From: an uncultured Pseudobdellovibrionaceae bacterium
GTDB lineage: Bacteria; Bdellovibrionota; Bdellovibrionia; Bdellovibrionales; UBA1609
Reading direction: 5' to 3'
Length of the DNA: 64,000 nucleotides
Assembly: GCA_964389375.1 (NCBI GenBank)
Contig: CAYMDP010000008.1
Coordinates: forward strand, 17,985 to 81,984
The notes beneath the pieces were generated by a model, which did no database searches, was not told the origin of the DNA, and saw only the letters and a program-made list of their open reading frames with translations. A program made the translations under genes and the position numbers. Shown here in pieces: positions 24,333-31,787 of the stretch. Position 1 is the stretch's first letter. The number at the start of each line of letters is the position of its first letter.

Positions 24333-26399
24333 TTGGCAAACCCTACTTCCAAAAAAGACATCATGAACTGGCTGAATGGTCTAAATCCCGAACAACAAGA
24401 AGCCGTGCTTCATAATGAAGGGCCGATGCTGATCCTTGCCGGAGCGGGTTCAGGTAAAACTACGGTTTTGGTTTCGCGCACAGGGCGCTTGGTCGAAGAG
24501 GGGCTTGCTCGGGCTTCCGAAATAAAAGTCATGACCTTTACAAATAAAGCCGCCCGCGAACTCAAAGAGCGTGTGTCTAAACGTCTTGGTAAGGCCGGCA
24601 AAGATCTGTGGGCGGGGACCTTTCATTCCTTTGGCCTTGAGTTTTTAAAGCTCCATGCAAAGCATACAGGGCTTCCCGCAAGGTTTGGTGTCATCGATCA
24701 AGCCGATGCTGGCGGAATTTTAAAAGAGCTTCTTCGGGATATTACCCACTCTGAAAAAGACGCCTTTGATTTGGATCGTCTTTTAAAAATGATGAGCCAA
24801 TGGCGAGAAGATGGACAGACGAAGGCAAAAACCGAAGAGCCTTACGAACAGGTCCTCGAAATTCTTTTGCCAAAATATTTAAAAAAAATGCGCCAATTGG
24901 GCGTGGTCGATTTTGACGACTTGATTCTTTGGCCACGCAGGCTGTTAAAAGAAAATGAAGAACTAAAAAGCCAAACACTCGAGACCTTGAAGTTTTTGAT
25001 GGTCGACGAGTTTCAGGATACAAACCGGGCCCAAATGGACCTAGTGCGAGAGCTTTTAGGTCCAGAGCATAACCTCACCGTCGTCGGCGATGATGATCAG
25101 GCCATTTATGGTTGGAGGGGTGCAAAAATTGAAAACATTTTGCATTTTCCAAGAAATTTTAAAAAATGTCGTGTCGTTCGTCTTGAAAGAAATTATCGCT
25201 CAACTCAAGAAATTCTAAACCTTGCAAATGCGATTATTTGTAAGAATGAAAACCGCCATGGAAAAACTCTGCGGCCTCACGCCACTCAGGCTGGAAGTTT
25301 GCCAGAGCTTTTTGTTTATCAGTCCGAAGAAGAAGAAGCGGATGAGGTGCCTCAACAGGTTCGGCATTTTCAGCGGATGGGGTACCAGCTGTCGGATATG
25401 GCGATTTTATATCGATCAAATACTCAAGGGGGCTTGATCGAAGGCTCTTTAAGACGAAATCAAGTGCCCTACCTGATCTCGGGTGGTTTTCAGATCTTTG
25501 ATCGAAAAGAGGCCCGGGATGTTATGGCCTATCTTCGAGCCGCTCTTTACTACGATGAGTTGTCTTTGCGCCGAGTGATTCAAGTCCCTGCGCGTGGGAT
25601 CGGGGATGTGAGTCTTGATGTCATTCAGAAATCACAAACTGCAGGTAAAATTTCTTTCTGGGCGGCATTGGGCCAGGCTTCGAGCATCGGGGTCGGTGAA
25701 AAGCAGCAAGAGTCCATTCGCGCCTTTATTTTGGATCTTGAGAAGTTAAAGACCAAACTTATTTCTGGCAAGGGAAGCATCCAAGAAGAATGGAACGAGT
25801 TCTTTCGAGAGATCGGCTATTGGGATTATCTTCGCACGCTTCATAAAAAAGCCGATTCGATTGGAAAGCATTGGGAGGTTGTCGAAATCGTCGGAAGGAT
25901 TTTAGCCTCTTTTACTGAGCAGGGTGGACGCAGCCTTGAATCCCTGAAGGATTTTTTGGACAAGATGAGTCTGCGTGACGCGGACTCAGAGAAGGAGAGC
26001 GAGAACTCTCTTCAGATGATGACTCTTCACGCAAGTAAGGGTTTAGAGTTTCCAGTGGTGATCTTGGTCGGAGTGGATGAGGATGTTTTACCCCATCGAC
26101 GCTTAGGACTTGATATCTCAGAAGAGCGTAGGCTTTTTTATGTTGGGGTGACTCGTGCTAAAGAGAAACTGCTTATGACAAGGTCTCGCCAGCGGCGTCG
26201 GCATGGACGGCCTCAACCGGCTGTGGCCTCAAGATTTATTCTCGAAATTGATCGCAAACTATTAGATGTCAACGAGACCGGGTTTCGAGCCGTAGCGGAA
26301 GATGACCGTAAAGCGATGTTGAGCGGATTGTTGAAGAAGCTTAATGATAAGTCAGACAAGCAGAAGGTCGAAGAGGATCAGTGGGGTGAAGGGGTCTGA
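24333..26399 (+). CDS. UvrD/PcrA/Rep-family ATP-dependent DNA helicase
   Basis: LNPEQQEAV, ILAGAGSGKTTVL (Walker A), MVDEFQDTN, YRS..EIL, MTLHASKGLEFPVV and YVGVTRAK. The start may be TTG 24333 or ATG 24363. Confidence 0.9.
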   Translation: MANPTSKKDIMNWLNGLNPEQQEAVLHNEGPMLILAGAGSGKTTVLVSRTGRLVEEGLARASEIKVMTFTNKAARELKERVSKRLGKAGKDLWAGTFHSFGLEFLKLHAKHTGLPARFGVIDQADAGGILKELLRDITHSEKDAFDLDRLLKMMSQWREDGQTKAKTEEPYEQVLEILLPKYLKKMRQLGVVDFDDLILWPRRLLKENEELKSQTLETLKFLMVDEFQDTNRAQMDLVRELLGPEHNLTVVGDDDQAIYGWRGAKIENILHFPRNFKKCRVVRLERNYRSTQEILNLANAIICKNENRHGKTLRPHATQAGSLPELFVYQSEEEEADEVPQQVRHFQRMGYQLSDMAILYRSNTQGGLIEGSLRRNQVPYLISGGFQIFDRKEARDVMAYLRAALYYDELSLRRVIQVPARGIGDVSLDVIQKSQTAGKISFWAALGQASSIGVGEKQQESIRAFILDLEKLKTKLISGKGSIQEEWNEFFREIGYWDYLRTLHKKADSIGKHWEVVEIVGRILASFTEQGGRSLESLKDFLDKMSLRDADSEKESENSLQMMTLHASKGLEFPVVILVGVDEDVLPHRRLGLDISEERRLFYVGVTRAKEKLLMTRSRQRRRHGRPQPAVASRFILEIDRKLLDVNETGFRAVAEDDRKAMLSGLLKKLNDKSDKQKVEEDQWGEGV

Positions 26400-26409
26400 C
26401 GAAGACCCC
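26391..26409. terminator. Short GC hairpin between convergent genes
   Basis: ggggtc-tgacgaa-gacccc overlaps the helicase stop codon. There is no U-tract on either strand, so support is weak. Confidence 0.3.
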
Positions 26410-26426
26410 TCACACTTGGGCAAAGC

Positions 26427-26804
26427 TTATTTACAGCTAAATCCTGCGGACTCAAGATTTTTGACGATTCGTTCTTGAACGCGATTGCAATGATCCATTC
26501 CGTTCATTCCACTCGCAACAACTTCCTCATTTCCCATTTTTGTATAGGCGACTTCACAGCCAGAGTCTTTTGAATTCACTGCAATGGTTCGAGCGTCAGA
26601 GCCAGAAGTGCAGGCCATAGAAGCTGCGTTTGTTTTTGCAGCATCTTTTTTTGCATCGGCCTTCTTGGCAGCCTTGTCGACCTGGGCCTCAGCAGTTTTA
26701 GCGGCTTTATCACCCTCGGCTGCTTTTTTGCCTTTAGAGGCACAAGAGATACTCATTGAAAGTGTTAAGGCCACCGCAAGTGGAAATACAAGTTTGCGAA
26801 TCAT
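26427..26804 (-). CDS. Small exported (probable lipo)protein with a Lys/Ala-rich linker and a 4-Cys C-terminal domain
   Basis: Signal sequence MIRKLVFPLAVALTLSMSISC, a KAAEGDKAAKTAEAQVDKAAKKADAKKDAAK low-complexity stretch, and AAGGAG 7 nt before the ATG. Confidence 0.6.
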   Translation of the reverse strand: MIRKLVFPLAVALTLSMSISCASKGKKAAEGDKAAKTAEAQVDKAAKKADAKKDAAKTNAASMACTSGSDARTIAVNSKDSGCEVAYTKMGNEEVVASGMNGMDHCNRVQERIVKNLESAGFSCK

Positions 26805-26973
26805 AGTTGCTCCTTTTTCGATTGAAGTTCAAAAGTTAGCAGACTTAAGAGGGAGTTCCAAGTTGTATGGGCTCAAATTAAAAAAAAAGTGCGAGTGCCT
26901 ATACAGAGGTCTGTGTGTCAGTGATTGACCTTCAATCGCGAAAGTGGAAATCTGTCAGCCTTTGGAGGTCCGA

Positions 26974-27339
26974 ATGAAAATCTCTCTTCTTGGAGCTTGT
27001 TTGGCGTTTTTTGTGAGTTCTTGCGCGCTTCAGCATAAGCGGGGGACCAGCGCCGATCCTTATATCGAAATTTATCGCTCAGAATTGAGTGTCGCCGAGG
27101 CTTGCTACGCGACAGCACTTAAATCGGATCAAAGCCTGTCAGGATCACTGAGTCTGATTTGGACTGTCGATGATAAGGGCCAAGTTTTAGACCCCCGCAT
27201 TCAGGATAGTGAATTACCAAATTCATCCTTAGAAAATTGCCTATTGAATCATCTTAGGCAGATGAAGTTTCCTCCGACAAAAAAATGGAGCAAGGTCACC
27301 GTCGACTATCGCTTGAATCTGGTCAAGCGAACGCGTTAA
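26974..27339 (+). CDS. Lipoprotein with a TonB-C / AgmX-PglI C-terminal-like domain
   Basis: MKISLLGACLAFFVSSC lipobox, GGAGG SD, and C-terminal GSLSLIWTVDDKGQVLDPRIQDSELPNSSLENCLLNHLRQMKFPP. Confidence 0.45.
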   Translation: MKISLLGACLAFFVSSCALQHKRGTSADPYIEIYRSELSVAEACYATALKSDQSLSGSLSLIWTVDDKGQVLDPRIQDSELPNSSLENCLLNHLRQMKFPPTKKWSKVTVDYRLNLVKRTR

Positions 27340-27348
27340 GACAAAGTC

Positions 27349-28368
27349 ATGGCGAAGTATTTGATCCTACGCTTTTCGAGTATCGGAGATGTCTTGCAGT
27401 GCCTTAGCGTTGCGGGGGCAATTCTTGACTCAGATCCTAGTGCCGAAATTCATTGGGTGACCCGAGAGGATATGAAGCCTTTAATCCAGGGTCATCCTGC
27501 TGTGAAGAAGGTTTGGTCACTCAGTAAGGGCCAAGGTTTTAAATCGATGCGCGACTTGGCCCGAGACCTTCGCGCTGAGAACTTTGACTTTATCTACGAT
27601 GCTCACAACAACTTAAGATCTCATGTCTTGTCGTTTTTATTGAATGGACTTTTTTCTTGGAGAAGACTTTTTTCTAAAACTCGGTTTTTAAGACGAAGCC
27701 AAAAACGCTGGAAACGCTTCTTTTTGTTTCGCTTTGGATGGAACCTTTATCCAAAACCCTTTAGTGGGCAAAGAGCTTTGCTAGAGCCCCTTGCGAAGTG
27801 GGGCCTTTCAGTTCAGGCGCCGGCGGCTCCTCAATTATTTTTGAATCCACAAGTATTTGAAAGTCTAAGACTCAAAGTTGGTGCCTGGAATTTAGAAAAT
27901 TCTTTGGCCCTGGCCCCTTCCGCAGCTTACCCATTGAAGCGCTGGCCCTTGACGCATTGGAAGGCCTTAATCGAAGAAATGCCGCAACAAAAATTCGTAG
28001 TCCTCGGAGGCCCTGGGGATAATTTTTTGTCAGAATTAGTCGCAGTAGATCCCAGCCGTGTTTTGAATTTGGCGGGCCACTTGTCCTTGCTTGAAAGTGC
28101 GGCCGTGGTTTCTTTAAGTCAGGCTTTGGTGGCCAACGATACGGGTCTTTTGCACGTGGCAGAGCAATTGGGGAAGACTTGTGTTGCCCTGATGGGTCCA
28201 GCGCCCTTTGGATTTCCATCAAGGCCCAAAACAAAGATTCTTGAGATCGATCTTCCCTGTCGACCCTGCAGTAAGCATGGTCAAGGTCCATGCGTGAATA
28301 AAGAATTTCAGAAGTGCCTTGTCGATATCCGACCTCAAGAAGTTGTTAAAGCCCTTAAAGGGATTTAG
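27349..28368 (+). CDS. Glycosyltransferase family 9 (heptosyltransferase-like)
   Basis: YLILRFSSIGDVLQ N-terminus, a C-terminal Rossmann domain with VANDTGLLHVAEQLG, 339 aa. Confidence 0.8.
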   Translation: MAKYLILRFSSIGDVLQCLSVAGAILDSDPSAEIHWVTREDMKPLIQGHPAVKKVWSLSKGQGFKSMRDLARDLRAENFDFIYDAHNNLRSHVLSFLLNGLFSWRRLFSKTRFLRRSQKRWKRFFLFRFGWNLYPKPFSGQRALLEPLAKWGLSVQAPAAPQLFLNPQVFESLRLKVGAWNLENSLALAPSAAYPLKRWPLTHWKALIEEMPQQKFVVLGGPGDNFLSELVAVDPSRVLNLAGHLSLLESAAVVSLSQALVANDTGLLHVAEQLGKTCVALMGPAPFGFPSRPKTKILEIDLPCRPCSKHGQGPCVNKEFQKCLVDIRPQEVVKALKGI

Positions 28369-28388
28369 TTTGATCCAAGGAGATTTGA

Positions 28389-28985
28389 GTGGAGTCTTTT
28401 ATTTTTAGCTTAGACCAAATAGACCGCAGTCTTTTTTTACTGATCAATCAGAGCTTAAGCCACGAGCTATTGGACCCAGTTATGGTGTTTGCCAGTGATC
28501 TTTTAAAGTTAAAGGTATTTCAGTTTGGAATTTTGCCTCTCAGTTTGGCCTTCTGGTACTTTAAAAAACGAAATTCAATATTTAAAGTGCTTTTGGCCTT
28601 GGTCTTATGTATTGGGCTTACGGACCTATTTTGTTACCGGGTCTTAAAGCCATTCTTCGAAAGACCGCGACCGAATTTAGTTCCCGAGATTGCAGCTGTC
28701 CTTCGAACACCTGGCCAAGGACATGGTTTTGGATTTCCGTCCAACCATGCCGCAAACTCTTTTGCTATGGCCACGGTCCTGTCGACCTTTTATCCTCCTT
28801 ATCGCGTGGCCTATTATAGTTACGCGGGCTTGGTGTCTTACAGTCGAAGCTATGTTGGGGTTCATTATCCGGGAGACATTTTATTCGGTGCCTTTGTGGG
28901 CAGTTTGATCGCTTTTTTGTTTCGCATTTTTGTATTTTCTCGCCTTAAGTTTTTTTCGATTCTTATTGCAAAGAAGAAAAAATGA
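28389..28985 (+). CDS. PAP2-family lipid phosphatase
   Basis: All three acid-phosphatase motifs are present: KPFFERPRP, PSNHA and SRSYVGVHYPGD. About 6 TM helices. Confidence 0.85.
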   Translation: MESFIFSLDQIDRSLFLLINQSLSHELLDPVMVFASDLLKLKVFQFGILPLSLAFWYFKKRNSIFKVLLALVLCIGLTDLFCYRVLKPFFERPRPNLVPEIAAVLRTPGQGHGFGFPSNHAANSFAMATVLSTFYPPYRVAYYSYAGLVSYSRSYVGVHYPGDILFGAFVGSLIAFLFRIFVFSRLKFFSILIAKKKK

Positions 28986-29923
28986 GAGGGATCGGTTTTC
29001 TTGTCATTCTGCTAATTGGGGCCGGCTTTTATTGGTCGAAGTTAAAACAAGTTGAAGTTGTCCTTGAATCCGAGCCAAGTCCCACTGTGACTAAAGATTT
29101 AGAATCTCGTCTAACCCTTAAAAAAAATGAACCCGCAATTCAGATTCAAGCCCGTCCCCTCGAACCAATAAAAGTCGAGGCGTCTCAGAACGCGCAGCCA
29201 AATTTTAATCAATACCCCTTCAAATTAAAAGATAAAGATGCTGTTGAGTTTAGAGTTTCAAAGTCTGGTTATGCGGTGGCTTTTGGTGATGTGTTGTTGG
29301 GGCGAACTCCGGACGAGCATAAATCGAAAGAAGGAATATATGAACCCACTCGTTCGAAGCTTTGGCCCTCTCCTGTCATAGCCTATGCGATTCAACCTGA
29401 GGTTCAAAACAGCCAAGTGATCCATGAGGCGATTGAGTACTTAAATAAAAACACACCGATTCGTCTTGTGCCCTTTAAGGATGAAGAAGATGTTTTGGTC
29501 TTCGTGGCTGACGAAGAGCTTTGTGCCTCTTACCTGGGGCGAGTTGGGGGACAGCAGCCGATCCTTATTGCGAAGCACTGCCGCTCGGGAGACGTACTTC
29601 ACGAGATCATGCATGCTCTTGGTTTTGTCCATGAGCATTCTCGTCAGGATCGAGATCAATATATAGAGGTGTTGTGGCCCAACATCAAAGAGGATTTCTA
29701 CCTTCAGTTTCATATTGTGCCGGACTCTCTTGTCCACGAGTATCGGGGCTCGGTTTTTGATTTTGATTTTAACTCCATTATGCTTTATTCGGGCCAGGCC
29801 TTTCAAAAGGCTTCCGGGCTTGAGACTCTTCGTTCTAAAGGACGAGGTGAGATCCGACCTAGCAAGGATGTTTTAAGCCCCATTGATCGGGAGCGCCTCT
29901 ATTATTTGTACTCTGGCTATTAG
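28982..29923 (+). CDS. Astacin-family (M12A) zinc metalloprotease with an N-terminal membrane anchor or signal
   Basis: HEIMHALGFVHEHSRQDRD extended zinc motif and the Met-turn NSIMLY. The start overlaps the PAP2 stop (ATGA). Confidence 0.85.
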   Translation: MRGIGFLVILLIGAGFYWSKLKQVEVVLESEPSPTVTKDLESRLTLKKNEPAIQIQARPLEPIKVEASQNAQPNFNQYPFKLKDKDAVEFRVSKSGYAVAFGDVLLGRTPDEHKSKEGIYEPTRSKLWPSPVIAYAIQPEVQNSQVIHEAIEYLNKNTPIRLVPFKDEEDVLVFVADEELCASYLGRVGGQQPILIAKHCRSGDVLHEIMHALGFVHEHSRQDRDQYIEVLWPNIKEDFYLQFHIVPDSLVHEYRGSVFDFDFNSIMLYSGQAFQKASGLETLRSKGRGEIRPSKDVLSPIDRERLYYLYSGY

Positions 29924-30351
29924 GTTTTTAAGTAAGACCTAAGCTCAAAATGAAACACGGCAAGAATTTTTTAGCTTCCGAGTTTTTGCAAAGTGACTTG
30001 CGAAAAATTTTTTGACTGCGAATTTCTTAAACGTTTTATTGTGAACTCCTCGAGCTTTGTCCAGGTAAACTTGATTTTGATCGCCTCGAAGTCGTCCAAA
30101 AGCTGCCGCTTGTTTTAGAATGAACCACTTATCTTGGATATCTAGCTTCGGTTTGTTCCATTCTGCGAAAAATCGGGGCCGCGTCAAACTGAAGAAATAG
30201 ATAAATATTTTTTCACTCGAGAGAGTTTAAACACAAAGAGAAAGTTTCTTCAGGCTAGTTTGGCCTAGATCTCTCCGTAGGTCTGGCTTCGAGCTTGCAG
30301 ACATTAGTCTTGGGTAGAGATTTACAACACTTTGAGCGATCCGGGGGATTT

Positions 30352-31032
30352 ATGAAACAACTCAAGAACGAAAAAATGTGGCTTGTGGGTTTAGTCGCAT
30401 CAGCATTATTTTTGACAGCATGCGGAGGGGGCGGATTACAGCCTTCATCTTTTGCGGGTTCGTCGGCGGTTCGCGGTGATTCGGCCTCAGAGCTTCCGGC
30501 TCCTCAAATTGACCTTCAAAAAATTGAACAAGATGCTGCGGCAGCTGAATCCGCTTTGATTGAAGCCGAAGCCGCAATTGCAGAAATTTTGGATGAAAAC
30601 GGAGAAGTTCGACTGAATTTCTTCTCTGGAAATCAAAGCAGCTCCCAGTTTGATTTTGGTGCAGCAGGAATCTTTTCGAAAGCCTTAGAGCCACTTCTTA
30701 ATAAAATTGCAGAAGCCGTTGAAAAAGGATTGGGTGGGTATAAAGAAGGTCGTTTGAAGCTGATCGAAGCCATTGCTAAGCTTGATTCTTCGAATCCTGC
30801 CCATGCACTTTTACTTCAGCAACTGATGGAGCAGATGGAGAAGTTTGACGTGATCGAATCTAGCCTGCAGACGGTTCTACGCGGCGTCAGCTCGAAGATT
30901 AACCTGGTCGTAGATCGTCTAGATTTGCTGATCTCAGGCTGGAATCCAATTGTAGGGCTTTTGCTGGCTGGTGAGATCCGAGACGTGAAGGAAGTGATCC
31001 GTAAGTTTAGTGAGCGGATCGGAACTCTTTAA
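30352..31032 (+). CDS. Lipoprotein of unknown function (helical, Ala/Glu/Leu-rich)
   Basis: MKQLKNEKMWLVGLVASALFLTACGGG lipobox, GGGGGA SD, followed by a clean terminator. Confidence 0.55.
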   Translation: MKQLKNEKMWLVGLVASALFLTACGGGGLQPSSFAGSSAVRGDSASELPAPQIDLQKIEQDAAAAESALIEAEAAIAEILDENGEVRLNFFSGNQSSSQFDFGAAGIFSKALEPLLNKIAEAVEKGLGGYKEGRLKLIEAIAKLDSSNPAHALLLQQLMEQMEKFDVIESSLQTVLRGVSSKINLVVDRLDLLISGWNPIVGLLLAGEIRDVKEVIRKFSERIGTL

Positions 31033-31062
31033 AAAGGCCTCCAAATCTCAATAAATCACAGA

Positions 31063-31094
31063 AGACGTCTCAAACTGAGGCGTCTTTTAATTTT
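31063..31094 (+). terminator. Rho-independent terminator
   Basis: 9-bp stem agacgtctc / gaggcgtct (one G-U pair), loop aaact, followed by TTTAATTTT. Confidence 0.6.
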
Positions 31095-31175
31095 GGGCTT
31101 GGACTAAGGGGACCTGGACTTGCGGGACCTTGAATTTAGAGAGAAAATAATAAGAGAGGCGTTTTACAAGGAGTT

Positions 31176-31712
31176 TTGGCTTTCAATCAAGCTCTGGCTG
31201 CTGCCCTTATTCTGAATTCTGGATATGAGCCAATCAAAATTGTGAACTGGCAAAAGGCCATGATTTTGTGGTTACAAGGAAAAGTCGAGATCCTCGAGTA
31301 CCATCCTGTTTATGTCAGTAGTCCTTCAAAGTCCTTTCAGCTTCCCAGTGTTTTAAGATTAAAGACTTATATTCGACCTTATTTCGGTCTAGCAGTTAGG
31401 ATGAACCGGCAGAATATCTTTATTCGGGACAACTTTACTTGTCAGTACTGTCGTAAGAAATTAAGCGAAAAAAAGCTGACTTTAGATCATGTGATGCCTC
31501 TGTCGCGAAGTGGTCCTCATGATTGGCAGAATGTCGTTGCGGCCTGTTCGTCCTGCAATAACAAAAAGGGGAATCGGACTCCTGATGAAGCCGGAATGAA
31601 GCTTTTGACCAAGCCCGTAAAGCCTAAATGGCTACCAAGTCGAGGTCTTGATGTCGCTGAAGCTAGCATCCCTCCGGCCTGGAGAAGTTTTCTTCGATTT
31701 CGGGCTTCTTAA
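31176..31712 (+). CDS. Stand-alone HNH endonuclease (McrA/COG1403-like)
   Basis: CQYCRKKLSEKKLTLDHVMPLSRSGPHDWQNVVAACSSCNNKKGNRTP is a complete HNH/zinc motif. TTG start after AAGGAG. Confidence 0.8.
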   Translation: MAFNQALAAALILNSGYEPIKIVNWQKAMILWLQGKVEILEYHPVYVSSPSKSFQLPSVLRLKTYIRPYFGLAVRMNRQNIFIRDNFTCQYCRKKLSEKKLTLDHVMPLSRSGPHDWQNVVAACSSCNNKKGNRTPDEAGMKLLTKPVKPKWLPSRGLDVAEASIPPAWRSFLRFRAS

Positions 31713-31720
31713 AAAAAGAA

Positions 31721-31744
31721 AAGCCCGGATTTTAAACCGGGCTT
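31721..31744 (-). terminator. Rho-independent terminator of the 1067-aa protease gene
   Basis: 8-bp stem aagcccgg / ccgggctt. On the minus strand it is followed by TTCTTTTTTT. Confidence 0.6.
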
Positions 31745-31787
31745 CTTCAAAAATTCTATCCAATTTATTGGGACGAGAACTAAAAAA

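Noticed and set aside
21557-26399. Patatin, HNH (31176) or UvrD-like helicase as parts of an anti-phage defence system (CBASS, Gabija-like and so on)
   Set aside because: No cyclase, ATPase partner or other cognate component lies adjacent to any of them. The helicase has the full housekeeping UvrD/PcrA motif set and size. The three genes are dispersed among unrelated genes.
26620-26760. Apparent DNA repeat in gene 26427-26804
   Set aside because: It is a Lys/Ala-rich low-complexity coding stretch (KAAK-like units of irregular length), not a tandem DNA repeat or a CRISPR-like array.
29945-30187. 80-aa basic ORF on the minus strand in the 370-nt spacer after the astacin gene
   Set aside because: It has only a TTG start with no SD, no internal Met and no recognisable motif, and it is antisense to the flow of the flanking operons. 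It could still be a real small gene, but the sequence alone does not support calling it.
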